DNA of 64,000 bases from Phycisphaerales bacterium. Lineage in GTDB: Bacteria; Planctomycetota; UBA1135; UBA2386. The notes below the pieces were generated by a model, which ran no database searches, was not told where the DNA came from, and worked only from the letters and a program-made list of their open reading frames with translations. The stretch is from NCBI GenBank assembly GCA_020247305.1, contig JADCJE010000066.1, forward strand, positions 66,466 through 130,465, written 5' to 3'. The position numbers were made by a program, and so were the translations under genes. This document shows positions 19,157-27,451 of the stretch, one piece after another; the stretch's first letter is position 1; each line of letters opens with the position of its first letter.

Positions 19157-21109
19157 TCAGTGGCAGCCGCCGCCGCGGCAGTCGCCGGCGTCGGCTGCCG
19201 GCTTGCCGGGGGCGCTGGCCGGCGGCGGTGCTAGGCGCGACGGCGCGATGGGCGCGAACGCGCCGGTCGCCGGCCCGCCGTGGTGGGGGTGGCCGTGGCC
19301 ATGGCCGTGGGGATGGTCGTGGCCGTGGTCGTCGTCGCAGCAGCCCGCAGCATGGCCGTGGCCGACGTTGGCCGGCGACTCGAACAGGCGTTCGAGGAAC
19401 GGCCGCACGCCTTGGCGCAGCAGCGCCACGGCGAACACGGCGCTCAGCCCGGCGAGGCACGTCCAGCCAAACCACCCGCCGTGCGCGTGGTCGGCGCCGA
19501 AGGCGGCGACGTCGATGTGCGGCAGCAGCGCGTTGGCGGCGTAGCCGAGCAGCACGGCGCCGACCCACATGGCGGCGGCGAACACCGCCGCGGTGCGGCC
19601 GCCGTGCAGGCGCGCGAGCACGCCGAAGGTGGTGACGTTCGTCGCCGGTCCAGTCAGCATCAACGCCAGCACTGCGCCCGGCGACATGCCCTGCACCAGC
19701 AGCATCGCCGCGAGCGGCGTGCTGCCGGTCGCGCAGACGTACAGCGGCAGGCCGAGCAGTGCTGCGACCGGGACGTCGACCCACGGCGGCAGCGCCGCGA
19801 GCCACTCGCGGTCGACGTACGGCATCAGCACCGCCGACAGCAGCAGGCCCATCAGGATCCAGGTCGCCGTGTTGTCGACGGCGGGGCCGAAGCCGAACGA
19901 GAACGCCGCGCGCAGGCGTTCGCCGAGACTGCCGGTCGCCGGTTGCGGCAGCGCGCCCGCCGGCGCATCGGCGGCGGCCGTGTACTTCGGCGCGATCGCC
20001 GACACCAGCACGCCGACCGCGAGCGCGAGCACGGCGGCCATGCCGACGCGCACCAGCGCCACCTCGCTGCCCATCAGCTGCCACGTCAGCATCACCGCGG
20101 CGACCTCCAGTTCGGGCGTCGCGATCAGGAAGGCGACCGCGGCCGCCATGCCAGCGCCCTGGCTGATCAGCTCGCGGTAGATGGGGACGACGCCGCACGA
20201 GCACACCGGCAGCGGCAAGCCGACGGCGACGCCGCGCAGCGCCTGGGTGAAGCGGTTGCCGCGCGTCATCGAACGCACCCAGGTGGCCGGCAGGAACGCG
20301 TGGCACAGGCCGACGAGCAGGTAGGCGAGCAGCAGGGCGGGCGCGGACTCGAGCGCCAGCGCGAGGAACACAGCCGCCGGGCCGCCGTGCTCGCCCTGCG
20401 GGAAGTGGTCGCGGATGACCGCCCACAGCGCCGCCACGCCGGCAGCGCCGCCGAGCACCGAGGCCGGACGGAAGCGGCCCTGGCCGCGCGGCGCTGGCAC
20501 GTGCGCGTGCAGCACGACGTGCAGCAGCGAGCCGATCAACAGCGCCTGCAGCAGCGCGAGGCCGCGCTGCGAGCCGTCGGTCAGCGCGTCGCCGCCGAGC
20601 AGGTAGCCGAACGCCGTCGCCGCCATGCTGACCAGCGTGGTGAACAGCGCGACGCGCCAGCCGAGCGTGCGCGGCACGATCCACCAGATGCCGACGCCTT
20701 CGGGGATGCGGTGCAGCACGATCGCCCACGCCGTCAGTTCCTGCGTGTGGTCGTGGCCGTCGCCGAGTTCGGGCACGTGGCTGTCGCCGGCGAGCAACAA
20801 GCCGTCGAGCGTCGCGTGCGCGGCGACGCCGAGCAGCGCCAGCGCGATCACGGCGCCGCGGACGTTGGCCGAGCCGTGGTGCAGCGTGCGCTCGGCCACC
20901 GCCGGCAGCAGGAAGCCGGCGAGCGCCAGCGGCAGCACGATCCAACCGGCCTGCGCCGCCGACTCGGGCAGCAGGTGCAGCAGCGTGAAGCCGCTGACGG
21001 TGACGAGGCAGAAGCTGTCGATGCTGACCGTCGACCACGGCTGCCGGCGCGCCAGCCACACGAGCAGCGGGCCGAGCGCCAAGGCGACGAAGCTGGACAG
21101 CAGGAACAC
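19157..21109 (-). CDS. fusion: ZIP-family metal transporter domain + COG0701/ArsP-type permease domain + His-rich C-terminal tail
   Basis: N-terminal ~215 aa carry the ZIP signature (LHRIPEGVG, HVVLHAH). The central polytopic permease has GLPLPVCSCGVVPIYREL. The tail reads GHGHAAGCCDDDHGHDHPHGHGHGHPHH and ends CRGGGCH. GTG start. Confidence 0.75.
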   Translation of the reverse strand: MFLLSSFVALALGPLLVWLARRQPWSTVSIDSFCLVTVSGFTLLHLLPESAAQAGWIVLPLALAGFLLPAVAERTLHHGSANVRGAVIALALLGVAAHATLDGLLLAGDSHVPELGDGHDHTQELTAWAIVLHRIPEGVGIWWIVPRTLGWRVALFTTLVSMAATAFGYLLGGDALTDGSQRGLALLQALLIGSLLHVVLHAHVPAPRGQGRFRPASVLGGAAGVAALWAVIRDHFPQGEHGGPAAVFLALALESAPALLLAYLLVGLCHAFLPATWVRSMTRGNRFTQALRGVAVGLPLPVCSCGVVPIYRELISQGAGMAAAVAFLIATPELEVAAVMLTWQLMGSEVALVRVGMAAVLALAVGVLVSAIAPKYTAAADAPAGALPQPATGSLGERLRAAFSFGFGPAVDNTATWILMGLLLSAVLMPYVDREWLAALPPWVDVPVAALLGLPLYVCATGSTPLAAMLLVQGMSPGAVLALMLTGPATNVTTFGVLARLHGGRTAAVFAAAMWVGAVLLGYAANALLPHIDVAAFGADHAHGGWFGWTCLAGLSAVFAVALLRQGVRPFLERLFESPANVGHGHAAGCCDDDHGHDHPHGHGHGHPHHGGPATGAFAPIAPSRLAPPPASAPGKPAADAGDCRGGGCH

Positions 21110-21189
21110 GGGGACAGCGTAGGGGATCGCGGGGCGACGGGCGACGCAGCCGTCCGCGCGGCCGGGGTTGGCGGCGGCGCGCCGCGGCG

Positions 21190-21717
21190 TCAGTCGGCCG
21201 GTTCGTCGCCGAGCGCCTGCTGCAGCGCGTGGCGCGCGCGGTGCAGCCGCGAGCGCACGGTGCCGATCGGGAGCGACAGGCGGTTGGCGATGCCGTGGTA
21301 GTCGAGGCCGGTCTCGACGTACAGCGTGAAGGCGGTGCGCTGTTCAATCGGCAGCTCGGCAAGCGCGCGGTCGAGGCGATCGCCGAGTTCGTGCGCGTAG
21401 GCGTGGTGCAGCGGGTTGTCGCAGCCCTGGTGCAGCCGGCAGTGCTCGCCGGCCCCGTGTTCGTGCTTGTGGCGGCGCAGCAGCGAGCGGCGCAGCGTCT
21501 GGCTGCGGAACGTCACCGCGCGCACGAGCCAGCCGCGGCGATCGACCGGCGGCGTCGGCTCGCGCCACAACGCCACCAGCGCTTCCTGCACCGCATCGGC
21601 GGCGAGGTGGTCGCAGCCGAGCATGGCGCGCGCGGCGGCATGGGCGCGCGCGAGGTCCTGCTGCAGCGCCGCGTCGTCGAGCGTATGGCCGGCGGGCAGC
21701 GGGTCGGTGGTGGACAT
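21190..21717 (-). CDS. ECF-type RNA polymerase sigma factor with a His/Cys-rich sigma2-sigma4 linker
   Basis: ATG at 21717 in track ORF 21190..22344. Region 2: DAVQEALVALWRE...WLVRAVTFRSQTLRR. Linker: RRHKHEHGAGEHCRLHQGCDNPLHHAYAHE. Region 4: LPIEQRTAFTLYVETGLDYHGIANRLSLPIGTVRSRLHRAR. Confidence 0.8.
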   Translation of the reverse strand: MSTTDPLPAGHTLDDAALQQDLARAHAAARAMLGCDHLAADAVQEALVALWREPTPPVDRRGWLVRAVTFRSQTLRRSLLRRHKHEHGAGEHCRLHQGCDNPLHHAYAHELGDRLDRALAELPIEQRTAFTLYVETGLDYHGIANRLSLPIGTVRSRLHRARHALQQALGDEPAD

Positions 21718-21928
21718 CGTCGGAGGGGCGCGGGTAGGTCGAGGGGCGCGGAAGGTAGGCGGCGACCGCTGCGCGCTCAAGCCGGGTCGCGGGCGACGTC
21801 CGCCGCGCGCGCCGGCGGCGGCGCAGCGTGGCCGAAGGCTGCGCGCCGCTGCCGCAGGAAACATTGCGTCGTGGGAACTCCGGACGGCGCAACGGCACTC
21901 CACCGCAACGTTGCTCCCGCTCGCCTCG

Positions 21929-23296
21929 ATGCGCTCCATCCGCCTCACCTTCGCCGCCGTCAGCGCGGCCGTTCCCGCGTTGGCCCAGGACCAAGGCCAG
22001 GCGCCAAGCCGACGCACGGCGCTGTCGCGCGCCGCCCAGGCCCAGCCCACGGATCCCACGTCCAACCTCGGTGCCGTGCCGGTCGCCCAGACGCCCGGCC
22101 AGGGCGGCAGCCTGACCGGCCCGTTGACGCAACTCGACATCAGCGTCGACCTGATGCTGGCGGTCGGCGGGTCGAGCGCGCGCGACGGCGTGATCGGCGA
22201 ACTGCAGGGCGGCGCGCACGATCCGCGCAAGCGCGGGTTCACGCTGCAGCAGGCCGAGGTGCAGATCAACGGCGCCGTCGATCCCTGGTTCCGCGGCCAG
22301 TTCGTGCTGGTGAGTTCGCTCGACCCCGACGAGGGCGAGACCATCGTCGAGGTCGAGGAAGCGTGGCTGACGACGCAGCAACTGCCGGCGAACCTGCAGT
22401 TGAAGGCCGGGCACTACCTGACCGACTTCGGTCGCATCAATCCGATCCACCCGCACGCCTGGGACTACCAGGACCAGCCGGTGGTGATGTCGCGCTTCTT
22501 CGGCGCCGACAACCTGCGGTCGCCCGGCGCGCGGTTGTCGTGGTTGGCGCCGACCAAGACCTACTTCGAGGCGATCCTCGGCGTGCAGAACGCCAACGGC
22601 GAGACGCTGCAGAGCTTCCTCGCCAATGACGAGGTGTACGAGGAGCGTCCGGTCGGCGGCCGCGCGCTCGACGACGAGGCGCGCGAACTGCGCACGCTCG
22701 GCGACGTGCTGTGGCACGCGCGCCTGGCGTCGGCCACCGACTTCACGCCGGCGCACACGCTGGGCGGCGGCGTGTCGGCCCTGTTCGGGCCCAACGCGAC
22801 GGGCGCCGGCGCGGACACGGTCGTCTACGGCGCCGACTTCATGTACCGGTGGCGCGCGATCGACAACCGCCGCGGCTACCCGTTCTTCAAGTTGCAGGGC
22901 GAGGTCATGGCGCGCGCGTTCGACGCGGCGGCACAGGTCGACGCGAGCGACCCGCTCGCGCCGGTCGACGTGCCGTCGGCGACGCTGAACGACTGGGGCG
23001 CGTACCTGTACGCGGTCTACGGCTTCGACGTCGGCTGGGCGGTCGGTCTGCGCGGCGAGTACTGCAGCGGATCCGGCGCGAGCTACGTCGGCGGCGGCAC
23101 GTTCGACCGCGCGCAGGATCCATGGCGCGCCGATCGTGTGCGCGTGTCGCCGATGCTCAGCTACCAGACGTCGGAGTACTCGCGCGTGCGCCTGCAATAC
23201 AACTGGGACGACAGCGACCACCTCGACGAGGTCGTGCACTCGGTCTGGCTCGGCTTCGAGGTCCTGATCGGCCCGCACCAACCGCACAGCTACTGA
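21929..23296 (+). CDS. putative outer-membrane beta-barrel (porin-like) protein of the metal-uptake locus
   Basis: ATG at 21929 in track ORF 21416..23296, with signal peptide MRSIRLTFAAVSAAVPALAQ. Alternating beta-strand-like sequence, aromatic-rich, and a terminal ...WLGFEVLIGPHQPHSY. Lies directly upstream of the ZnuA-like gene. Confidence 0.55.
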   Translation: MRSIRLTFAAVSAAVPALAQDQGQAPSRRTALSRAAQAQPTDPTSNLGAVPVAQTPGQGGSLTGPLTQLDISVDLMLAVGGSSARDGVIGELQGGAHDPRKRGFTLQQAEVQINGAVDPWFRGQFVLVSSLDPDEGETIVEVEEAWLTTQQLPANLQLKAGHYLTDFGRINPIHPHAWDYQDQPVVMSRFFGADNLRSPGARLSWLAPTKTYFEAILGVQNANGETLQSFLANDEVYEERPVGGRALDDEARELRTLGDVLWHARLASATDFTPAHTLGGGVSALFGPNATGAGADTVVYGADFMYRWRAIDNRRGYPFFKLQGEVMARAFDAAAQVDASDPLAPVDVPSATLNDWGAYLYAVYGFDVGWAVGLRGEYCSGSGASYVGGGTFDRAQDPWRADRVRVSPMLSYQTSEYSRVRLQYNWDDSDHLDEVVHSVWLGFEVLIGPHQPHSY

Positions 23297-23309
23297 GGCG
23301 CACCCTGCC

Positions 23310-24365
23310 ATGGCCAGCCATCGATTCCTCTGTCTCGCGTCGGCGTTCGTCGCCGTGGTCGCGCCCGTCGCGGCGCAAACGCCGCCGGTGAGCAAACCGC
23401 ACGCCGTCGTCGCCACCACGCCCGATCTCGCCTCGCTCTGCCGCGTCGTCGGCGGCGACCACGTCGCCGTGACCTGCTTCCTGCCGGGACCGCAGGACCC
23501 GCACTACCTCGATCCGCGGCCGGCGATGCTGTACGCGATGCAGCAGGCCGAGTTGCTCGTCGAGACCGGCCGCGACCTGGAGAGCGGCTGGCTGCCGGTG
23601 CTCGTCAACCAGGGCCGCAACCCCGCGACCCAGCCCGGCCAGATCGGCCGCCTCGACGCCAGCCGCGTCGTGCGCGCGCTGCAGGTGCCGACGGCGAGCA
23701 TCGACCGCTCCGCCGGCGACCTGCACCAGAACGGCAATCCGCACTACCTGCTCGATCCGCTGTGCGGCCTCGAAGTCGCCGCGCTCCTGCGCGACCGCAT
23801 GGCCGCGCTGTGGCCCGGCGAGAAGGACGCCTTCACCGCCAACTTCACGGCGTTCCGCGTCCGCATGGCCGAGGCGATGGTCGGTCCTGAGCTGGCGAAG
23901 CTCTACGAGCACGACGCCGAGCAACTCGCGCTCGCGTTCGGCAAGGGCACCCTGGCCGACGCGCTGAAGGAGCAGGGCGACTTCGGCAAGCTCGCCGGGT
24001 GGTTCGGCGAGTTGCTGCCGCTGCGCGGCGCGAAGGTCGTCGTCGACCACGACCTGTGGCCGTACTTCGCCGAGCGCTTCGGCCTCGCGCTCTTCGGGTA
24101 CGTCGAGCCGCGCCCGGGCATGACGCCCACGACCGCGCACCTCGAAGGCCTCGCCGCGCGCATGCAGGACGCCAAGGTGCAGGCGATCTTCGCGTCGACG
24201 TACTTCCCGGTGCGCTGGGCCGAGGCAGTCGCCAAGCCGACCGGCGCGCGCATCGTGGCGATGGCGCACCAGCCCGGCGCGCGCGAGGGCACCGACGACT
24301 ACGTGGCGTTCGTCGGGTACAACGTGCGCATGGTCGCTGCTGCGCTGCAGTCGAAGACGAAGTGA
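23310..24365 (+). CDS. metal ABC transporter substrate-binding protein (ZnuA/TroA cluster A-I family)
   Basis: Signal peptide, DPHYLDP, GNPHYLLDP and HDLWPYFAERFGL. The metal specificity cannot be determined from the sequence. Confidence 0.85.
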   Translation: MASHRFLCLASAFVAVVAPVAAQTPPVSKPHAVVATTPDLASLCRVVGGDHVAVTCFLPGPQDPHYLDPRPAMLYAMQQAELLVETGRDLESGWLPVLVNQGRNPATQPGQIGRLDASRVVRALQVPTASIDRSAGDLHQNGNPHYLLDPLCGLEVAALLRDRMAALWPGEKDAFTANFTAFRVRMAEAMVGPELAKLYEHDAEQLALAFGKGTLADALKEQGDFGKLAGWFGELLPLRGAKVVVDHDLWPYFAERFGLALFGYVEPRPGMTPTTAHLEGLAARMQDAKVQAIFASTYFPVRWAEAVAKPTGARIVAMAHQPGAREGTDDYVAFVGYNVRMVAAALQSKTK

Positions 24366-25039
24366 CCGCCGCGCCGCTGCTCGGTTGCGTCGCGCTCGCG
24401 TGCGGCGTCGACCGGACCGTGCTGGTCGACGTTTCGCTGTCCGTGCACGCCGGCGAGAGCTGGTTCGTGCTCGGCGGCAACGGCGCCGGCAAGACGACGC
24501 TGCTGCAGACGTTGCTCGGCCTGCTGCCACCGCGCGCCGGCGCGGTGCTGCCGCCGTGCGGCGGCGACCGCAGCGCGCTCGGCTACGTGCCACAGGAGCC
24601 GCGCAGCGAATTGGCGCTGCCGCTCGCCGTCGGCGAGTGGGTCGACGCGGCGCTGCCGGACGCGCTGCCGCGCGCCGAGGCGGCGGCGCGCGTCGCCGGC
24701 GCGCTTGCGGCGCTCGGCATGGGCGCGCACGCCGATGCCGATCTGCGCCGGTTGTCGCTCGGCCAGCGCCGCCGCGTGCACATCGCCCGCGCGCTCGCTC
24801 GGCAGCCGCGCCTGCTCGTGCTCGACGAGCCGGGGGCCAACCTCGACGCCCGCGCGCTCAGCCAGTTGTGCGCCGACCTCGATGGGCTGCGCCGGGCCAC
24901 CGGCACAGCCTTGGTGCACGTCGCGCACGACCTCGCGGTGGCGCGCCGCTTCGCCAGCCACGTCGCGCTGCTCGACGACGGCGTCGTCCGCCACGGCCGC
25001 ATCGAGGACGTCGCGGCCGCCCTCGCGGAGACGCCGTGA
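24362..25039 (+). CDS. metal ABC transporter ATP-binding protein (ZnuC-like)
   Basis: GTG at 24362 overlaps the previous stop. Walker A GGNGAGKTT, signature LSLGQRRR, Walker B LLVLDEP. Confidence 0.85.
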   Translation: MTAAPLLGCVALACGVDRTVLVDVSLSVHAGESWFVLGGNGAGKTTLLQTLLGLLPPRAGAVLPPCGGDRSALGYVPQEPRSELALPLAVGEWVDAALPDALPRAEAAARVAGALAALGMGAHADADLRRLSLGQRRRVHIARALARQPRLLVLDEPGANLDARALSQLCADLDGLRRATGTALVHVAHDLAVARRFASHVALLDDGVVRHGRIEDVAAALAETP

Positions 25040-25902
25040 GCGCACCCGCGCAGGGCGGTTGGTGGCCCGACTGGGCTTTGTTCGGCGACGCGCTGGCGAC
25101 CGGCGCGTGGCTCGGCCTCGTGCTGCCGTGGCTCGGCGTGCTCTTGCTGCTGCGCCAGCAGGTCTTCGTCGCCGCCGCGATCGGGCAGGCGGCGAACCTC
25201 GGCGTCGCCGGCGCGATGGCCCTGTCGGCGGCGCTCGGCGCCTGCCCGTTGCACGTCGCCGGGGCGTCGTCGCCGCCGTGGCTCGTGCTCGCCAGCGTCG
25301 TTCCGGCGTGCGTCGCCGCCTACGCCGCGCTGCGCGCCGGCGACGGCACGCGCGCCGCGCTCGAAGCGCCGAGCGCGGTGGTGTTCCTGGTGGGCAGCGC
25401 CGGGGCCATGGTGGTGCTCGCCGGCCAGCCGCATGGCGCCCAGGAGTTGCAGCGCCTGTTCCTGTCGTCGCTGCTGTCGGCCGGAGCGGTCGATGCGTGG
25501 TGTGCGGCCGGCGCTGCATGCGTCGTCGCCGCGGCGCTGTGGTGGCGGCCGCGCCTGTTGCTGGCCTGGGCCGTCGAGCCGCGCACGGCCCGTGCGCACG
25601 GCGCGCCGGTGCGCCGGCTCGACCTCGCCGCGGCCGTCGTCCTCGGCGCCGTGGTCGGGCAGTCCTTGCTGGCGACCGGACTGCTTTACACGTTTGCGGC
25701 GATGACGTTGCCGGTGTTGGCGGCGCGCTCGTTGGCGCGCTCGTTGCGCGGCGTGGTCCTCGCCGCGCCTGTCCTCGGCGTCGGCGGCCAGGCGTTGGCC
25801 TTCGCGGTCGCGCATCGCTGCGATCTGCCGCCGGGGCAGGTCGCGGTGCTGTGGTACGCCGCGTTCGCCGGCCTCGCGGCCGTGTTCGGCAGGCGGCGGT
25901 GA
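25036..25902 (+). CDS. metal ABC transporter permease (ZnuB-like)
   Basis: GTG at 25036 overlaps the previous stop. About 8 hydrophobic helices. Operon position fits. Confidence 0.75.
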   Translation: MSAPAQGGWWPDWALFGDALATGAWLGLVLPWLGVLLLLRQQVFVAAAIGQAANLGVAGAMALSAALGACPLHVAGASSPPWLVLASVVPACVAAYAALRAGDGTRAALEAPSAVVFLVGSAGAMVVLAGQPHGAQELQRLFLSSLLSAGAVDAWCAAGAACVVAAALWWRPRLLLAWAVEPRTARAHGAPVRRLDLAAAVVLGAVVGQSLLATGLLYTFAAMTLPVLAARSLARSLRGVVLAAPVLGVGGQALAFAVAHRCDLPPGQVAVLWYAAFAGLAAVFGRRR

Positions 25903-25908
25903 GCCGCG

Positions 25909-26562
25909 TCAGGCGCGGACCGGTCCGTGCGCGCGCACCTTGGCCAGCAGGCGCTCGGCGCGCGCCGCGATCGCGTCGAAGCGCCGCAGCCGGAGGTCGT
26001 CGGCGACGAACAGCGCCGCGACGAAGCCGACGCCGAAGGCGCCCGCCTGCAGCCAACTGTCGACGTTCTCCTCGGTGACGCCGCTGGTCGGCACGATGCG
26101 CAGGAACGGCAGCGGACCGCGCACCATGCGCAGGTACTCGGGCCCGTTGCCCGGCGCGGGGAACAGCTTGATGAAGTCGGCGCCGGCGCGGTGGGCGGTG
26201 AGCATCTCCGTCGGCGTGAAGGCGCCGGGCAGCGACACGAGCCCGTGCGCACGGCAGTAGCCGATGACGTCGGGGTCGGTGGCGGGCGACACCAGGAACC
26301 GCGCGCCGGCGGCGTGCGCCGCTTCGGCGTCGGCGACCGTCAGCACGGTGCCGCAGCCGACGATCAGGTCGGGGTGGTCGGCGAGCGCGCGTACGTGGGC
26401 GAGGCAGTCGGGCGTCGTCAGCGTCACTTCGACCAGGCGGAACCCGCCGGCAATGGCGGCTTCCAGGGCGGGGCGGACGGCGGTTGCCTCGTCGGTGCGC
26501 AGGATGGCCGACGCGCGGTGCGCGGCGAAGGCGGCGAGGGTGGCAGCGTGACGGCTTGTCAT
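25909..26562 (-). CDS. eda: 2-dehydro-3-deoxyphosphogluconate / 4-hydroxy-2-oxoglutarate aldolase
   Basis: ATG at 26562 in track ORF 25909..26643. GFRLVEVTLTTP, GCGTVL, and the Schiff-base Lys context DFIKLFPA. Confidence 0.88.
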   Translation of the reverse strand: MTSRHAATLAAFAAHRASAILRTDEATAVRPALEAAIAGGFRLVEVTLTTPDCLAHVRALADHPDLIVGCGTVLTVADAEAAHAAGARFLVSPATDPDVIGYCRAHGLVSLPGAFTPTEMLTAHRAGADFIKLFPAPGNGPEYLRMVRGPLPFLRIVPTSGVTEENVDSWLQAGAFGVGFVAALFVADDLRLRRFDAIAARAERLLAKVRAHGPVRA

Positions 26563-26875
26563 GTTGGAGGGCGGACCCGGTAGGTCCGAAGCGGTCGGAC
26601 ACCGTAGGGGGAGCGGCCGGCACGGCAACGTTCCGGCCTGCACTGGGGCAGTTTGCCCTGGAAGTCACCTTGCTCCTGTCGCGTTTCCGGGCATCTTCAG
26701 TCGGGGACACAGAATCCTGTCACGACTAAAGGAGTTGCGCATGCCATAGCCCGCGAGCGGTCGTGGACGGCATGCCGGCCTGGTGGTCGGTGGTGGAGCC
26801 AGGGGCCGTCGAGTTGTCCGGTGCGTAGCCGCGCACGGCCAGTGGCCCAGCTGGTTGGGGTTCGCCAACGCCTGC

Positions 26876-27451
26876 ATGTCCGACTCCGTCGATCGCCCGG
26901 AAGACCTGAAGGAACTGATCACGGCGATGCGCGCCCTCGGCGCGACACCGCCTGCAGTCGCCCTGCGGACGTTCTTGCCGCGGCTTCGGCAGATGGCGCG
27001 CTACCATCTGCCGTCGACCAGCGCCGTCCGGGCCCTGATCGACTCCGAGGACCTCCTGCAGGAAGGCTTGCTGCAGCTCGTCCGCAACGTCGAGCAGTTC
27101 CGCGGTCGGACGTGGTCGGAGTTCCTCGCCTTCGTGCACGCGATCCTGGCCCAGAAGAAGCTGCGCCACCGGCGCCGCCACCAGGTGCGCGCCGAGGAGT
27201 TCAAGTCCACGCCGCCGCACGACAGCCTGCCGGCCGAGTTGCCGACGCCGAGCTTCGGCGCCATGGCGCAGGAGGATCGCGAGCGGCTTCGCCTGCTCCT
27301 GGGCACGCTGTCCGAGCCGCACCAAGCCGTTCTCCTCCTGCGCCTCGACGGCATGGACAACGGCGAGATCGCGGCGCGCCTTGGCATCACGGTCGAAACC
27401 GTGCGCCAAAGGCTGTCGCGTGCGATCCGTACGCTGCAGGAGCGCTGGTGA
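26876..27451 (+). CDS. ECF-type sigma factor paired with a Ser/Thr kinase
   Basis: ATG at 26876 in track ORF 26783..27451. Region 2: DLLQEGLLQLVRNVEQF. Region 4: AVLLLRLDGMDNGEIAARLGITVETVRQRLSRA. Its TGA overlaps the kinase GTG (GTGA at 27448-27451). No anti-sigma-like ORF is adjacent. Confidence 0.85.
   Translation: MSDSVDRPEDLKELITAMRALGATPPAVALRTFLPRLRQMARYHLPSTSAVRALIDSEDLLQEGLLQLVRNVEQFRGRTWSEFLAFVHAILAQKKLRHRRRHQVRAEEFKSTPPHDSLPAELPTPSFGAMAQEDRERLRLLLGTLSEPHQAVLLLRLDGMDNGEIAARLGITVETVRQRLSRAIRTLQERW

Noticed and set aside
21860-21915. Candidate ECF-type promoter motifs (GGAAAC/GGGAAC direct repeat; GCAAC-N15-CGTT) in the metal-locus intergenic region.
   Set aside because: Spacing and -10 elements do not fit the usual AAC-N16/17-CGT geometry well. 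In DNA this GC-rich, such short motifs occur by chance. They are mentioned only as something to test, not annotated.
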